Assembly: GCA_963795085.1 (NCBI GenBank)
Contig: CAWCFX010000001.1
Coordinates: 1,056,001-1,120,000, forward strand
Source of the DNA: an uncultured Gemmatimonadales bacterium
Lineage (GTDB): Bacteria; Gemmatimonadota; Gemmatimonadetes; Gemmatimonadales; GWC2-71-9
DNA length: 64,000 nucleotides
Reading direction: 5' to 3'
Shown here: piece after piece, positions 51,721 through 62,865 of the stretch
Position numbering within the stretch: the first letter of the stretch is position 1
Layout of the letters: the number at the start of each line of letters is the position of its first letter
Notes under the pieces: generated by a model
Seen by the model: the letters and a program-made list of their open reading frames with translations, nothing else
Databases searched by the model: none
What the model was told of the DNA's origin: nothing
Translations under genes and position numbers: made by a program

Positions 51721-53895
51721 ATGCCGCCAGCCGAAAAATCAGGCCCTGGAAAGCCGATCCGTAGCCCGTGGCCCGACCGGTGGCTGCTGGATGCCTTGCA
51801 GCGCCTTGGTCACCCGGCCGTGGATAACCTGACCGGGTCCAAGGCCGGCTGCGCCTGGGACGGCCTGCTCGCCGCGGGCGCCGGTGAGGAGGAAATGCTT
51901 GACCTGGCCTGTGCGGTGTCCAACCGGCCGGCGGCCGACCTCTCCGAGATGGGCGGCAACCGCGCCGAACTGCTGGATAGCGCCATGGCGTTCCGGTACG
52001 GCGTGGTGCCGGTCCGGGTCTGGGATGGTGAGCTCGAAGTGGCAACCTCCAATCCGCTCCATCCTTCCCTGGAAGCCGACCTCGAGTTCGCCACCGGGCG
52101 CCGGATCACACTCACCGTCGCCAGCCCCGGCGCCATCCGCACCGCGCAGGCCCAGGTGTACGGGCAGAGTTCCAGCGGCGGCGCTCCCCAGGGATTCTCC
52201 TGGGTCCTCACGGCCGCGGCCACCCGTAACCACGTCGTCGCGCCGCTGAAGGGCGCCGCGGTGGAGACGCTCGACCGGGTGGTCATGCAGGCCGTGGGCA
52301 CCGGGGCGAGCGACATCCATTTCGAGCCGACCGATGCCGGACTCCTGGTGCGGACCCGGATCGACGGCATCCTGCACGACGTGGCCCAGCTTTCCACCGA
52401 CGTAGCGGCCCATCTGATCAGCCGGGTCAAGGTGATGGCGAACCTGGATATCGCCAACCGCAAGCGGCCCCAGGACGGCAGCGCGTCGGTCATGTTCGAC
52501 GGCCGTCCCATCGACCTCCGGGTCTCCACGCTCCCGCTGGGCTCCCGCGGGGAGAAGGCGGTCATCCGGATCCTCGATCCCCGCAACGCGATCTCCGATT
52601 TCAGCTGCCTCGGCTTCGGCGCCGGGGAGCGCTACCGGTTCGAGCGGCTGCTGGCCATCCCCGAAGGCATGGTCCTGGTCACCGGTCCCACCGGCTCCGG
52701 CAAGACCACGACGCTCTATTCCGGGCTCCGGCACATCAAGTCGCAGCAGAAGAATATCGTGACAGTGGAAGACCCGATCGAGTACCGGATCGAGGGCGTC
52801 AACCAGGTCCAGGTCCACGAGAAGTCGGGGCTGACCTTCGCGGCCGCGCTCCGGTCCATCCTCCGGCAGGACCCCGACGTGGTCCTGGTGGGCGAGATCC
52901 GGGACCGGGAAACGGCGGAGATCGCCCTCAAGGCCGGCATGACCGGCCACCTGGTGTTGACCACCCTGCACACCAATAACGCCGTCTCCGCCGTCACCCG
53001 GATGCTGGAAATGGGTGTCGAGCGGGCCGCGTTGAGCGGCGCCCTCAAGGGCATCGTGGCCCAGCGGCTGGTCCGCCGCCTGTGCGATGCCTGCGCCCGG
53101 CCCACCACCCTCGCCGACATTCCGCCGGATCAGCAGCACCTGCTGGAGGGAAAGAAATGCGACCGGCTGCGAACGTCGGTCGGATGCCCGGCGTGTATCG
53201 GTACCGGGTTCCGGGGGCGCCTGGCCCTGGCCGAGGTCCTGCTGGTGAACGAGGAAGTCGCCCGGGCCATCGCCCAGCAGGCATCGCTCGAAGACCTGCT
53301 GGTGTCGGCCCGCCGGGGCGGGATGCTGTCGCTCTGGGAGTCAGGGATGGACCGGGTGCTCGCCGGGACTACTTCGCTCCACGAGCTGGTGGACAACGTG
53401 GCCACGCCGGTCGAGGAAGCGACCGATGACCAGGGCTCCGTGGACCAGCTCATCGCCAGCTTGCGGTCGCCAGACCCGGGGGCCGGCATCCAGGCGCCGG
53501 TCATCCGGGAGCCGGCGCCCACCGCACGGAAGACCGGCCCCCGGGTCCTGGTGGTTGATGACGACCGGGTGGAACGCCGGGCGACGCGGGACGAGCTGGA
53601 GCGGGCCGGCTTCGTGGTGATCGAGGCGGCCGACGGCGAAGCCGCGGCATCCTACGTCAGGCGGCTCACACCAGATGCGATCGTGTGCGAGGTGGCGCTG
53701 CCGAAACTGGATGCCGTGGGACTGCTCCAGTCGCTCCGGGGACAGGATGCTCCGCCGCTGGTCGTTCATTCCCGCCAGGTTGACGCTTCGCTCCAGGAAT
53801 GGCTGCTCGAACTGGGTGCCTCCGACGTGCTGGCCAAGTGCGAAGGGGCGGAACGCCTGGTCGCCAGCCTGCGAATGCGGATGGCGGCGACCTAG
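51721..53895 (+). CDS. GspE/PilB-type secretion ATPase with C-terminal receiver domain
   Basis: ASDIHFEP, GPTGSGKTTT, TVEDPIEY, LRQDPDV..GEIRD, TLHTN, two CxxC motifs and VLVVDDD REC domain. Confidence 0.9.
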   Translation: MPPAEKSGPGKPIRSPWPDRWLLDALQRLGHPAVDNLTGSKAGCAWDGLLAAGAGEEEMLDLACAVSNRPAADLSEMGGNRAELLDSAMAFRYGVVPVRVWDGELEVATSNPLHPSLEADLEFATGRRITLTVASPGAIRTAQAQVYGQSSSGGAPQGFSWVLTAAATRNHVVAPLKGAAVETLDRVVMQAVGTGASDIHFEPTDAGLLVRTRIDGILHDVAQLSTDVAAHLISRVKVMANLDIANRKRPQDGSASVMFDGRPIDLRVSTLPLGSRGEKAVIRILDPRNAISDFSCLGFGAGERYRFERLLAIPEGMVLVTGPTGSGKTTTLYSGLRHIKSQQKNIVTVEDPIEYRIEGVNQVQVHEKSGLTFAAALRSILRQDPDVVLVGEIRDRETAEIALKAGMTGHLVLTTLHTNNAVSAVTRMLEMGVERAALSGALKGIVAQRLVRRLCDACARPTTLADIPPDQQHLLEGKKCDRLRTSVGCPACIGTGFRGRLALAEVLLVNEEVARAIAQQASLEDLLVSARRGGMLSLWESGMDRVLAGTTSLHELVDNVATPVEEATDDQGSVDQLIASLRSPDPGAGIQAPVIREPAPTARKTGPRVLVVDDDRVERRATRDELERAGFVVIEAADGEAAASYVRRLTPDAIVCEVALPKLDAVGLLQSLRGQDAPPLVVHSRQVDASLQEWLLELGASDVLAKCEGAERLVASLRMRMAAT

Positions 53896-54055
53896 CGCCG
53901 GTGTCGGAGCGGGGGCGTCCCCGGGCACCCTCGAACCCGGTGTGGGATCCGCTAGGGAATGCTCACCAGAGGATAAGGTGCGGACCGGCGGGCCGTCCGC
54001 CTGTCCGCCCGCCCCGGTTCCGCTTAGCTTGAAGTCTCCCCAGCCGAAACCTTCC

Positions 54056-55549
<1,494 letters not shown>

Positions 55550-55566
55550 CCCGCTCGCCCGGCGAC

Positions 55567-56802
55567 GTGACTGTTGCGGTAATTGGCGCCGGGGCTGCCG
55601 GCCTCATGGCGGCGATCCATGCGGCCCGGGCCGGCGTCCGGGTCCTGCTGCTGGAGCGCACCCGTGACGGGGGCCGCAAGATCCTGATCAGCGGCGGCGG
55701 CCGCTGCAACATCCTCCCTTCCCGGCTCGACGAGTCCCGCTTCATCACCGATTCCTCTCCCCACACGCTCCGCAACATCGTGCGCTCCTGGCCGCTGCGC
55801 GAGCAGGTTGCCTTTTTCGAGCACGAACTGGCACTGCCGCTGGTGGAGGAGCCGGAGTCGGCCAAGCTGTTTCCCGCCAGCAACCGGGCCCGGGACGTGC
55901 GGGACGGTCTGCTGGGGCTGGCCATCCGGAGCGGCGTCGAGTTCCGGCCCGACACCCTGGTTACCGGCTTCGTGCCCGAGGGGGGAGCGTGGCGGGTCGA
56001 GGTGGAAGGCGGCGAGCCGGTAAGCGCCAGCGCCGTCGTCGTGGCGACCGGGGGCCTCTCGGTGCCCGCGACCGGCAGTGACGGCCGCGGGCTCGCCGTG
56101 CTCCGGCGGCTGGGCCATACCGTTCATCCCACGTACGCGGCGCTGACCCCGGTGACCGCCGACCCGCCCCCGTTCGGCGATCTCGCCGGCATCTCGCTCC
56201 CGGTGACCATCACCGCCCGGAGCACCGGGCGGCGGGCGACCGCCACCGGCGGGTTTCTCTTTACCCACCGGGGCTACAGCGGCCCCTCGGTGCTGGATGT
56301 GTCGCACGTGCTGGTGCGGGAGCGGGCGGAGGGCGGGCGCGATGCGAAACTCCTGGTGCAATGGACCGGCATGAACGAATCCCAGTGGGAGGCGGCGCTG
56401 CACCCGGAGGGCACCCGGAGCGTGGGCGGGGTGGTCCGCCGAGTCCTGCCCGATCGGCTGGCCGATGCGCTGATGAAAGCCGCGGAGGTAGATCCGGCCC
56501 GCACCCTGGCGCAGTTGCGCCGGGAGGAACGGCTGCGCCTGGTGGAGACGATGGTCCGGGGGGAGCTGCCCTGGCACGGAGACGAGGGTTACAAGAAAGC
56601 CGAAGTGACCGGCGGAGGCGTGAGCCTGGCAGAGGTAGATCCCCGGACCATGGAGAGCCGGAAACACCCGGGTCTGTTTATCTGCGGCGAAGCGCTGGAC
56701 GCGTTCGGGCCGATCGGCGGCTACAACTTCTACTGGGCCTGGGCCACCGGCCGGGCGGCGGGGCAGGGTGTGGCGCTCGCCTGCGTCACATCGGGGGTGT
56801 GA
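55567..56802 (+). CDS. BaiN/HI0933-family flavoprotein
   Basis: GAGAAG, GRKILISGGGRCN, LFTHRG.SGP, AEVTGGGV and GGYNF. Confidence 0.9.
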   Translation: MTVAVIGAGAAGLMAAIHAARAGVRVLLLERTRDGGRKILISGGGRCNILPSRLDESRFITDSSPHTLRNIVRSWPLREQVAFFEHELALPLVEEPESAKLFPASNRARDVRDGLLGLAIRSGVEFRPDTLVTGFVPEGGAWRVEVEGGEPVSASAVVVATGGLSVPATGSDGRGLAVLRRLGHTVHPTYAALTPVTADPPPFGDLAGISLPVTITARSTGRRATATGGFLFTHRGYSGPSVLDVSHVLVRERAEGGRDAKLLVQWTGMNESQWEAALHPEGTRSVGGVVRRVLPDRLADALMKAAEVDPARTLAQLRREERLRLVETMVRGELPWHGDEGYKKAEVTGGGVSLAEVDPRTMESRKHPGLFICGEALDAFGPIGGYNFYWAWATGRAAGQGVALACVTSGV

Positions 56803-56851
56803 TGTGGGTCGCTGTGACGACCCGGGGGAAGGTGTATTTCACACTACACGC

Positions 56852-56910
56852 ATTTCAGATTTGAGATCAATGACATTCAATCTGAAATCAGAAATCTGAG
56901 ATCTGAAATC
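56852..56910. repeat. AT-rich heptamer repeats (ATCTGAA/ATCAGAA/ATCTGAG) in direct and inverted copies
   Basis: ATTTCAGATTTGAGAT...AATCTGAAATCAGAAATCTGAGATCTGAAATC. Confidence 0.65.
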
Positions 56911-56927
56911 CCAAAGGAGCGCATCTC

Positions 56928-57083
56928 ATGTTAGCAACCATTGCGGTTATCCTGCTGGTCGCCTGGCTGCTCGGGTTCCTGGCGTTCAACGTCGCCGGTG
57001 GGCTGATCCACATCCTGCTGGTGATTGCGGTTGTGGCCCTCATCATGCACTTCGTCCGGGGACGCGGCCGACCGATCGTCTAG
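56928..57083 (+). CDS. lmo0937-family (DUF5670) small membrane protein, 51 aa
   Basis: AAGGAG RBS and MLATIAVILLVAWLLGF...GGLIHILLVIAVV. Confidence 0.85.
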   Translation: MLATIAVILLVAWLLGFLAFNVAGGLIHILLVIAVVALIMHFVRGRGRPIV

Positions 57084-57211
57084 CAGTCTGCTTGCGAGGC
57101 ATGGGCGGATGTGCCGGGGCGGGCTGGTCCACCGGGTGAGATGATCACCCAGGGCCGGCCAGGTTTCCCCGGCACATCCTTCTCGCGCCGCCCTCTCACG
57201 TACGAAAATCA

Positions 57212-57240
57212 GAACAGGCGAGCCATCGGCTCGCCTGTTC
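57212..57240 (-). terminator. Hairpin downstream of tRNA-Val, possibly bidirectional
   Basis: 13-bp perfect stem GAACAGGCGAGCC-ATC-GGCTCGCCTGTTC. Confidence 0.65.
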
Positions 57241-57252
57241 GTTGTCTGCGTA

Positions 57253-57326
57253 TGGGGGATGAGGGGCTCGAACCCCCGACCTCGCGCATGTGAGGCGCGC
57301 GCTCTAACCAGCTGAGCTAATCCCCC
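57253..57326 (-). tRNA. tRNA-Val (CAC)
   Basis: GGGGGAT/ATCCCCC acceptor stem, anticodon arm CGCGC-CTCACAT-GCGCG and GTTCGAG T-loop. Confidence 0.93.
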
Positions 57327-57439
57327 GGTGTCCCGCCAACATCACCTGAATTTGGGAGCCGGATTCTAAACCTGCCCCCACCGTATTTCAAGATGCCGGC
57401 GCTCGCGTCCTGCGGTTGCCGCGGGCCTTTTTCCGCTCG

Positions 57440-58477
57440 CTATATCAGCCCGCTTCTCCGCAATCGCCCGATCTGGTCAAACCGTTCCTCGTGCACGGCC
57501 AGGACTTCGGCGCCGCTGACGGTGGCGACCCCCGCCTTGCCGACTTCCACCCCGGCGGCGTAGTTGGCGAGAATGGCGCCTTCCAGCACCGAGGCGCCGG
57601 CGGCCAGGGCGGTGCCCATCCATGCCGTCACCGTGTCGCCCGCCCCGGAGACGTCGTACACCTCCCGCGCGATGCTGGGGATGTGGGTGATCCGCTGGTC
57701 CTTGGTCACCAGCACCATGCCGTCGGCGCCGAGGGTGACCAGGAGATTGTCTACCTTGAGCCGGGTGAGGACCTCGGGCAGGGCATCCCGGTGCTGCAGG
57801 TCCACCGCTGCGCCGAGGGCGGACTCCAGTTCCCGCCGGTTGGGTTTGAACACCGTGGCGCCGGCGTACTCGAAGAACTGGCGGAACTTGGGGTCCACCA
57901 CCACCGGCACGCCGCGCTTGCGGGCGGCACCCATGGCCGCCGCGATCAGCGGGGGGGCCAGGGCGCCCTTGTTGTAGTCTTCCATCAGCAGCGCATCGGC
58001 GTTGCTCAGGGCCTCCAGCAGGATCGCGGTGAGCTGCTCCAGCGCCGGGCCCTCGAGCAGGGTGTCCACCTCTTCGTCGATCCGGACCACCTGCTGGGAG
58101 CGGGCCAGCACCCGGGTCTTGGAGGTCGTGGGCCGGTCCGCCAGCGACACGATGCCCCGGTCGTCAATGCGGGCCGCCGCCAGTTCCTGCCGCAGGGCTC
58201 GGCCCTCCGGGTCATCGCCGACCACCCCGACCAGCTGGCAATGTGCGCCGATGGCAACCACGTTGGCGGCCACGTTGGCCGCGCCGCCCAGTGCGGTGCG
58301 TCGTTCCTTGATGGTCACCACCGGGACCGGAGCCTCGGGAGAGAGCCGGTCGGTCTCGCCGATGAGATAGCGGTCGAGCATGACGTCGCCCACCACCACA
58401 ATGCGGGTGGCCTTGAGCCGGTCCAGCAGGAGCAGGACCCGGTCGCGGGTGAGCGGCGGATAGGGCGTCTGTCTCAC
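57440..58477 (-). CDS. rfaE1: D-glycero-beta-D-manno-heptose-7-phosphate kinase (HldE kinase domain)
   Basis: GDVMLDRY, SPEAPVPV, GGAANVA, DYNKG, VDPK and DVSGAGDTV. Confidence 0.9.
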   Translation of the reverse strand: MRQTPYPPLTRDRVLLLLDRLKATRIVVVGDVMLDRYLIGETDRLSPEAPVPVVTIKERRTALGGAANVAANVVAIGAHCQLVGVVGDDPEGRALRQELAAARIDDRGIVSLADRPTTSKTRVLARSQQVVRIDEEVDTLLEGPALEQLTAILLEALSNADALLMEDYNKGALAPPLIAAAMGAARKRGVPVVVDPKFRQFFEYAGATVFKPNRRELESALGAAVDLQHRDALPEVLTRLKVDNLLVTLGADGMVLVTKDQRITHIPSIAREVYDVSGAGDTVTAWMGTALAAGASVLEGAILANYAAGVEVGKAGVATVSGAEVLAVHEERFDQIGRLRRSGLI

Positions 58478-59994
58478 GGCAGTTTCCCTCGACGTGACGT
58501 GCCGACGGTGATGAAGAGGCGGCCTTCGAAACGGTTCGCGGTGGCCCCTTCAATATGGTTCTGGTTCTCGATATGGTGGAACCCCGCCGACGCGTTGACC
58601 CGGAACGGGCGCAGGGCCCCCGAGATCCCCAGCCCGGCGCGCCAGGTCCGCTCCACGACGCCGATGAACAGTTGCGGAGTGGAGCCCAGTTCCCCGCTGC
58701 CCGAGGTCGGATAGGGATCCTGGATGCGGCCCTCGCCCTGGCGGAGCATGCCGACCTCGGGCGCCAGCAGCCAGCCCCGGGCGACCGGCAGCGTCACCGT
58801 GACGACCAGCTGATCGTTATCCGCAAAGTTGCGGCCGATGCCCACCCCGTCATCGGTGAAGTCCTGGAACTGGTTGTCGAAGGTGCGGAAGGCCAGGCTG
58901 GATGCCTGGGTGTACCAGGCCCGCCATGCGTAGCGCCGCGCCAGGGGTCCGGAGCCCATGAGGGTAAACGCCCAGCGGTCCGGGTTCCGAGTCGGGGAGC
59001 CGCGGTCCTTGTACGTCAGGTCGTCCAGCGCGAACTGGCCCTGCAACGTCAGGCGGCGGGAGACGTTCCAGAGCACGTCCGCCCCCAGCATCGAATTGGT
59101 CTCCGCGCCCAGTCCATAGGCGTTTTGCAGGAAGCTGAGACTGAGGGGGCTCAGTTGCCGGAAGTCCGCGTTCCGGCTGGCCCCCGCGAAGACCACCGTT
59201 TCCCACAGCGCGACATGCAGCCGGGAGGAAACCCGCGCCGCCAGGCGGTGGGCAAAGAAATAGCGGTGCACCACCTGGTTCGCGCTGTCCCGTTCGTCGG
59301 TCAGCTGGGCCGCCTGCGCGCTCAACCGGATGGCCGGCGTCCCCACTTCCAGGCCGAGCACCGGGCGTCCGTATCCATAGTTACTGAGGCTGATGCCGGG
59401 GACGCCCGCCGGTCCCCAGTTCTGGTCCAGCTGGCCGTACAGCAGCCGGGCGAGGCCGAACTGGCCGCTGATATAGGATTCCGCCTGCCGCCCCGCGACG
59501 TCCAGGTCTTTCCGCCCCGGCCAGTCGGGATCCACGATGAGCCGCGGCTCCAGCACCGGGCGGGTGGCCAGCACCAGGTTGCCGATCACGGCCTGGAGGT
59601 CCACCTCTCCATAGGGCCGGGCGCCGTCCGGGCCGGCCGGATGCCAGGGATCCCGCCGGGCATGGGTGTAAGCCTGGCCGCCCACGCGTACTGAGGCCCG
59701 CCACCGGTTGGCCTCGGGCAGGTCGTCGTACATATCCGCCAGTCGCGCCAGCTGCGCTGAATCGCCGCGGCCCGCGGAATCCGACGCGAGGAGCTCCCGC
59801 CGCAGGTCGGCCCGCCGGAAGGGGCGGACCATCGGGGAAGGATCGCGGATATCGCCGCGGACGATCAGGTGCTCGACCAGCGGGAGGCCGGGATCGTCCA
59901 GCGGGATGTAGGGCGAGGCCTGGGCCGCGAGACCGGCCGGTCCGCCCAGCAGGGCGGCCAGGGCGGCGAAAAGACCACGGCGGGTGAGAGTCAT
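58474..59994 (-). CDS. Outer-membrane protein, Wzi/capsule-assembly-like
   Basis: Signal peptide, WGP...G..LS and HRL...LWETVV beta-strand pattern. Confidence 0.6.
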   Translation of the reverse strand: MTLTRRGLFAALAALLGGPAGLAAQASPYIPLDDPGLPLVEHLIVRGDIRDPSPMVRPFRRADLRRELLASDSAGRGDSAQLARLADMYDDLPEANRWRASVRVGGQAYTHARRDPWHPAGPDGARPYGEVDLQAVIGNLVLATRPVLEPRLIVDPDWPGRKDLDVAGRQAESYISGQFGLARLLYGQLDQNWGPAGVPGISLSNYGYGRPVLGLEVGTPAIRLSAQAAQLTDERDSANQVVHRYFFAHRLAARVSSRLHVALWETVVFAGASRNADFRQLSPLSLSFLQNAYGLGAETNSMLGADVLWNVSRRLTLQGQFALDDLTYKDRGSPTRNPDRWAFTLMGSGPLARRYAWRAWYTQASSLAFRTFDNQFQDFTDDGVGIGRNFADNDQLVVTVTLPVARGWLLAPEVGMLRQGEGRIQDPYPTSGSGELGSTPQLFIGVVERTWRAGLGISGALRPFRVNASAGFHHIENQNHIEGATANRFEGRLFITVGTSRRGKLP

Positions 59995-60069
59995 GAAGCT
60001 GGAAGGTATCCCGTCCCGGAAGGATCGTACAGCCGTGCGGCATCCCCGGGGACGCGTTACTTTGGAGCC

Positions 60070-61077
60070 ATGGCCGATCTGCATGTAGAGGCGACCCGGG
60101 GCGATCTCGTGGAATCGGTGCACCGGGTCTCGGTGGCGGTGGTGGATGACGGCGGAAGGCTCATCGCGGAGTCGGGCGACCCCGACCTGGTGACCTTCTG
60201 GCGCTCGGCGGCCAAACCCTTCCAGGCCCTCCCGCTCGTGCTCGATGGCGGGGCTGACCGGTTCGGGTTCGAACCGCGGGAACTGGCGCTCTGCTGCGCG
60301 TCCCATTCCAGCGAACCCGAGCACCGCGCCGTCACCGATACCATCCTGGCCCGGCTGGGGCTGTCCGAGGAGGCGCTGGCCTGCGGGCCCCACACCCCGC
60401 TCTCCAGCGCGGTCGCCGAAGCTGCGGTGCGCACCGGCACCCGGATCACCGCGCGGTGGAGCAACTGTTCCGGCAAGCATGCCGGCATGCTCGCGCTCGC
60501 GCTGCATCACGGCTGGCCTGTCGAAGGGTACAACGAGATTGCCCACCCGGTGCAGCAGCGGATCCTCGAGGAACTCGAGCGGTGGACCGGGGTCTCCCGG
60601 GATGATGTGTTCTGTTCGGTTGACGGCTGCAACACGGTATGTTTTGCCCTCTCGCTGCGCGGCATGGCCGCCGCGTACGCCCGCTTCGGGACGGCGTCCG
60701 AGCCGGGACCTGCGCGGCTCCGGGCGGCCATGACGGGTCATCCCCACCTGGTCGGCGGCACCGGGCGTCCCTGTACCGACCTGATGGCGGCGTTCGGGGG
60801 GGACCTGGTCGCGAAGATCGGTGCCGAGGGGGTGTACAGCGCCGCGCTTCCGGCCCATGGCCTGGGGATCTCGCTCAAGGCCGAGGACGGGGACATGCGG
60901 AGCGCGCCCATTGCGCTGGTGGCGGTTCTGCAGCAGGTGTTGCAGGCGCTGGGCGACCAGCGGGGCATCGCCCTGCTGCAGCGTACCGCGCACCAGCCCC
61001 GGATCCCGATCCGGAATACCCGCGGCATTGTGACGGGCGCCCTGTCAGCGGCCGGCGATCTGCGTTTTCTTAGATAG
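60070..61077 (+). CDS. L-asparaginase II (Rhizobium AnsA type)
   Basis: RG.LVESVH, RSAAKPFQ, ASH..E, NCSGKH, DGC and KIGAEG. Confidence 0.9.
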   Translation: MADLHVEATRGDLVESVHRVSVAVVDDGGRLIAESGDPDLVTFWRSAAKPFQALPLVLDGGADRFGFEPRELALCCASHSSEPEHRAVTDTILARLGLSEEALACGPHTPLSSAVAEAAVRTGTRITARWSNCSGKHAGMLALALHHGWPVEGYNEIAHPVQQRILEELERWTGVSRDDVFCSVDGCNTVCFALSLRGMAAAYARFGTASEPGPARLRAAMTGHPHLVGGTGRPCTDLMAAFGGDLVAKIGAEGVYSAALPAHGLGISLKAEDGDMRSAPIALVAVLQQVLQALGDQRGIALLQRTAHQPRIPIRNTRGIVTGALSAAGDLRFLR

Positions 61078-61125
61078 CACTCCAGGTTTTTTGGTGCCGC
61101 ATTGTGTGGCCGGGGATATAGACTG

Positions 61126-61767
61126 ATGGCGAAACAGGACAATCTGGATCAACATACGCTCGCGCTGGTCCGCCTGGCGGCGGCGGTGGCCCAGGGATAC
61201 GAGCCGGAACTCCGGGAACGGATCGCCGATGTACGCCGGGCCATGGTGCCGCTCCCCTGGGTCGAAGAGCTGCTGCTGCAATCGGTCCTGATGGCGGGGT
61301 ATCCGCGGACCCTCATTGCCCTCACCATCTGGCGCAAGCTGTCCCGGCTGGAGGCCCCCGACACCGATCCGGATTCCGATTACGCGAACGTTGCGGAATG
61401 GACCCGCCGGGGCGAAGAGACCTGCCACCGCATCTATGGCGACAACTACCGGCGGCTCCGGGCCAACGTGCAGGAGCTGCACCCGGCGCTGGACAAGTGG
61501 ATGATCACCGAGGGCTACGGTCGGACGCTTTCCCGGCCGGGGCTCGACCTGCTCCGGCGGGAACTCTGTACGGTGGCGCAGACCGCCGTGCTGGAAGCGC
61601 CCCGGCAGCTCCACTCGCATATGCGGGGCGCCCTGAACGCCGGGGCCGGCTTCGCCCAGATCGAAGCGGTGCTGTCGGTGGTCAACCCGTTGCTGTCGTT
61701 TGAACAGTGGAAAGCGGTGAAAGAGCTATGGCGATCGGTCAAGGAAAGCTGGATCCCCGACGACTGA
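61126..61767 (+). CDS. Carboxymuconolactone decarboxylase family protein
   Basis: GYPR, YGRTLSRPGL, RELCTVA and QLHSH..GALNAG. Confidence 0.82.
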   Translation: MAKQDNLDQHTLALVRLAAAVAQGYEPELRERIADVRRAMVPLPWVEELLLQSVLMAGYPRTLIALTIWRKLSRLEAPDTDPDSDYANVAEWTRRGEETCHRIYGDNYRRLRANVQELHPALDKWMITEGYGRTLSRPGLDLLRRELCTVAQTAVLEAPRQLHSHMRGALNAGAGFAQIEAVLSVVNPLLSFEQWKAVKELWRSVKESWIPDD

Positions 61768-61836
61768 ACCGGTCCGGCGGTACGCCGAAGGCCCGTCCGG
61801 CCCCTCCCTGGTGTCTCCAGCTGACAACGAGCGTGC

Positions 61837-62865
61837 ATGTTCATTGATCGAGCGGTAGTGCGGGTCATCGCCGGTACCGGCGGGAGCGGCGCGGCGTCAT
61901 TCGCGCGGTTCAAGTACCGCCCCAAGGGCGGCCCGGACGGCGGCGACGGCGGGCACGGCGGCAGCGTGTACGTCCGGGGCGACTCCAACCTGGCCACCCT
62001 GCTCGACTACCGCTACAAGAACGTCTGGAAAGCCGAACGGGGCACCCATGGCAAGGGCAAGACCATGACCGGCGCCAGCTCGGAGGACGTGTACCTCCCG
62101 GTCCCGCCGGGCACCCTGGTGAAAGACGCGGAGACCGGCGAGTTGCTGGGCGAGATCCTGGACAACGGCAGCGAGGTGCTGGTGGCCCGGGGCGGCCGGG
62201 GCGGCCGGGGCAATGCCCGGTTTGCGACCTCGACCCACCAGGCGCCCCGGGAATGGGAGCCGGGCGAAGAGGGCGGGGATCGCCAGATCGAACTGGTGCT
62301 CAAACTCATCGCCGATGTCGGATTGGTGGGCGAGCCCAACGCCGGCAAGAGCACTCTCCTCTCCGTGATCTCGGCGGCCCGGCCCAAGATTGCCGACTAT
62401 CCTTTTACGACGCTGGAGCCCAACCTCGGCGTCGTGGGTCTCTCCGGCAACCGCTCGTTCGTGGTGGCGGACATTCCCGGCATCATCGAGGGTGCCCACG
62501 CCGGCAAGGGCCTGGGGCTCAAGTTTCTGCAGCACGTCGAGCGGACCCGGGTGCTGGCGTTCCTTATTCCGCTGGAATCAGAGAGTCTCCAGGCGGTGTA
62601 CCAGCAGCTGCGGCACGAGATTCATTCGTACAGCGAGGAACTCTTCGCCAAGCCCCATGTCGTGCTGCTGACCAAGCGAGACTTGCTGGCGCACAGTGCC
62701 AGCCTGCCGCCCCTTCACGCTCCGGAGGCAACCGCCGTGCTGGCGATCTCCAGCGCGGCGGGAACCGGGTTGGAAGACGTAAAAGAGTTTCTGTGGCGGT
62801 TCGTAGAGCAGGCCAAGGCAACCACGGCACCTGTCGAGGAGACCCGTGATACCCCCGATCCATAG
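61837..62865 (+). CDS. obgE: GTPase ObgE
   Basis: GGPDGGDGG, GEPNAGKSTL, YPFTTL and DIPGIIEGA. Confidence 0.96.
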   Translation: MFIDRAVVRVIAGTGGSGAASFARFKYRPKGGPDGGDGGHGGSVYVRGDSNLATLLDYRYKNVWKAERGTHGKGKTMTGASSEDVYLPVPPGTLVKDAETGELLGEILDNGSEVLVARGGRGGRGNARFATSTHQAPREWEPGEEGGDRQIELVLKLIADVGLVGEPNAGKSTLLSVISAARPKIADYPFTTLEPNLGVVGLSGNRSFVVADIPGIIEGAHAGKGLGLKFLQHVERTRVLAFLIPLESESLQAVYQQLRHEIHSYSEELFAKPHVVLLTKRDLLAHSASLPPLHAPEATAVLAISSAAGTGLEDVKEFLWRFVEQAKATTAPVEETRDTPDP

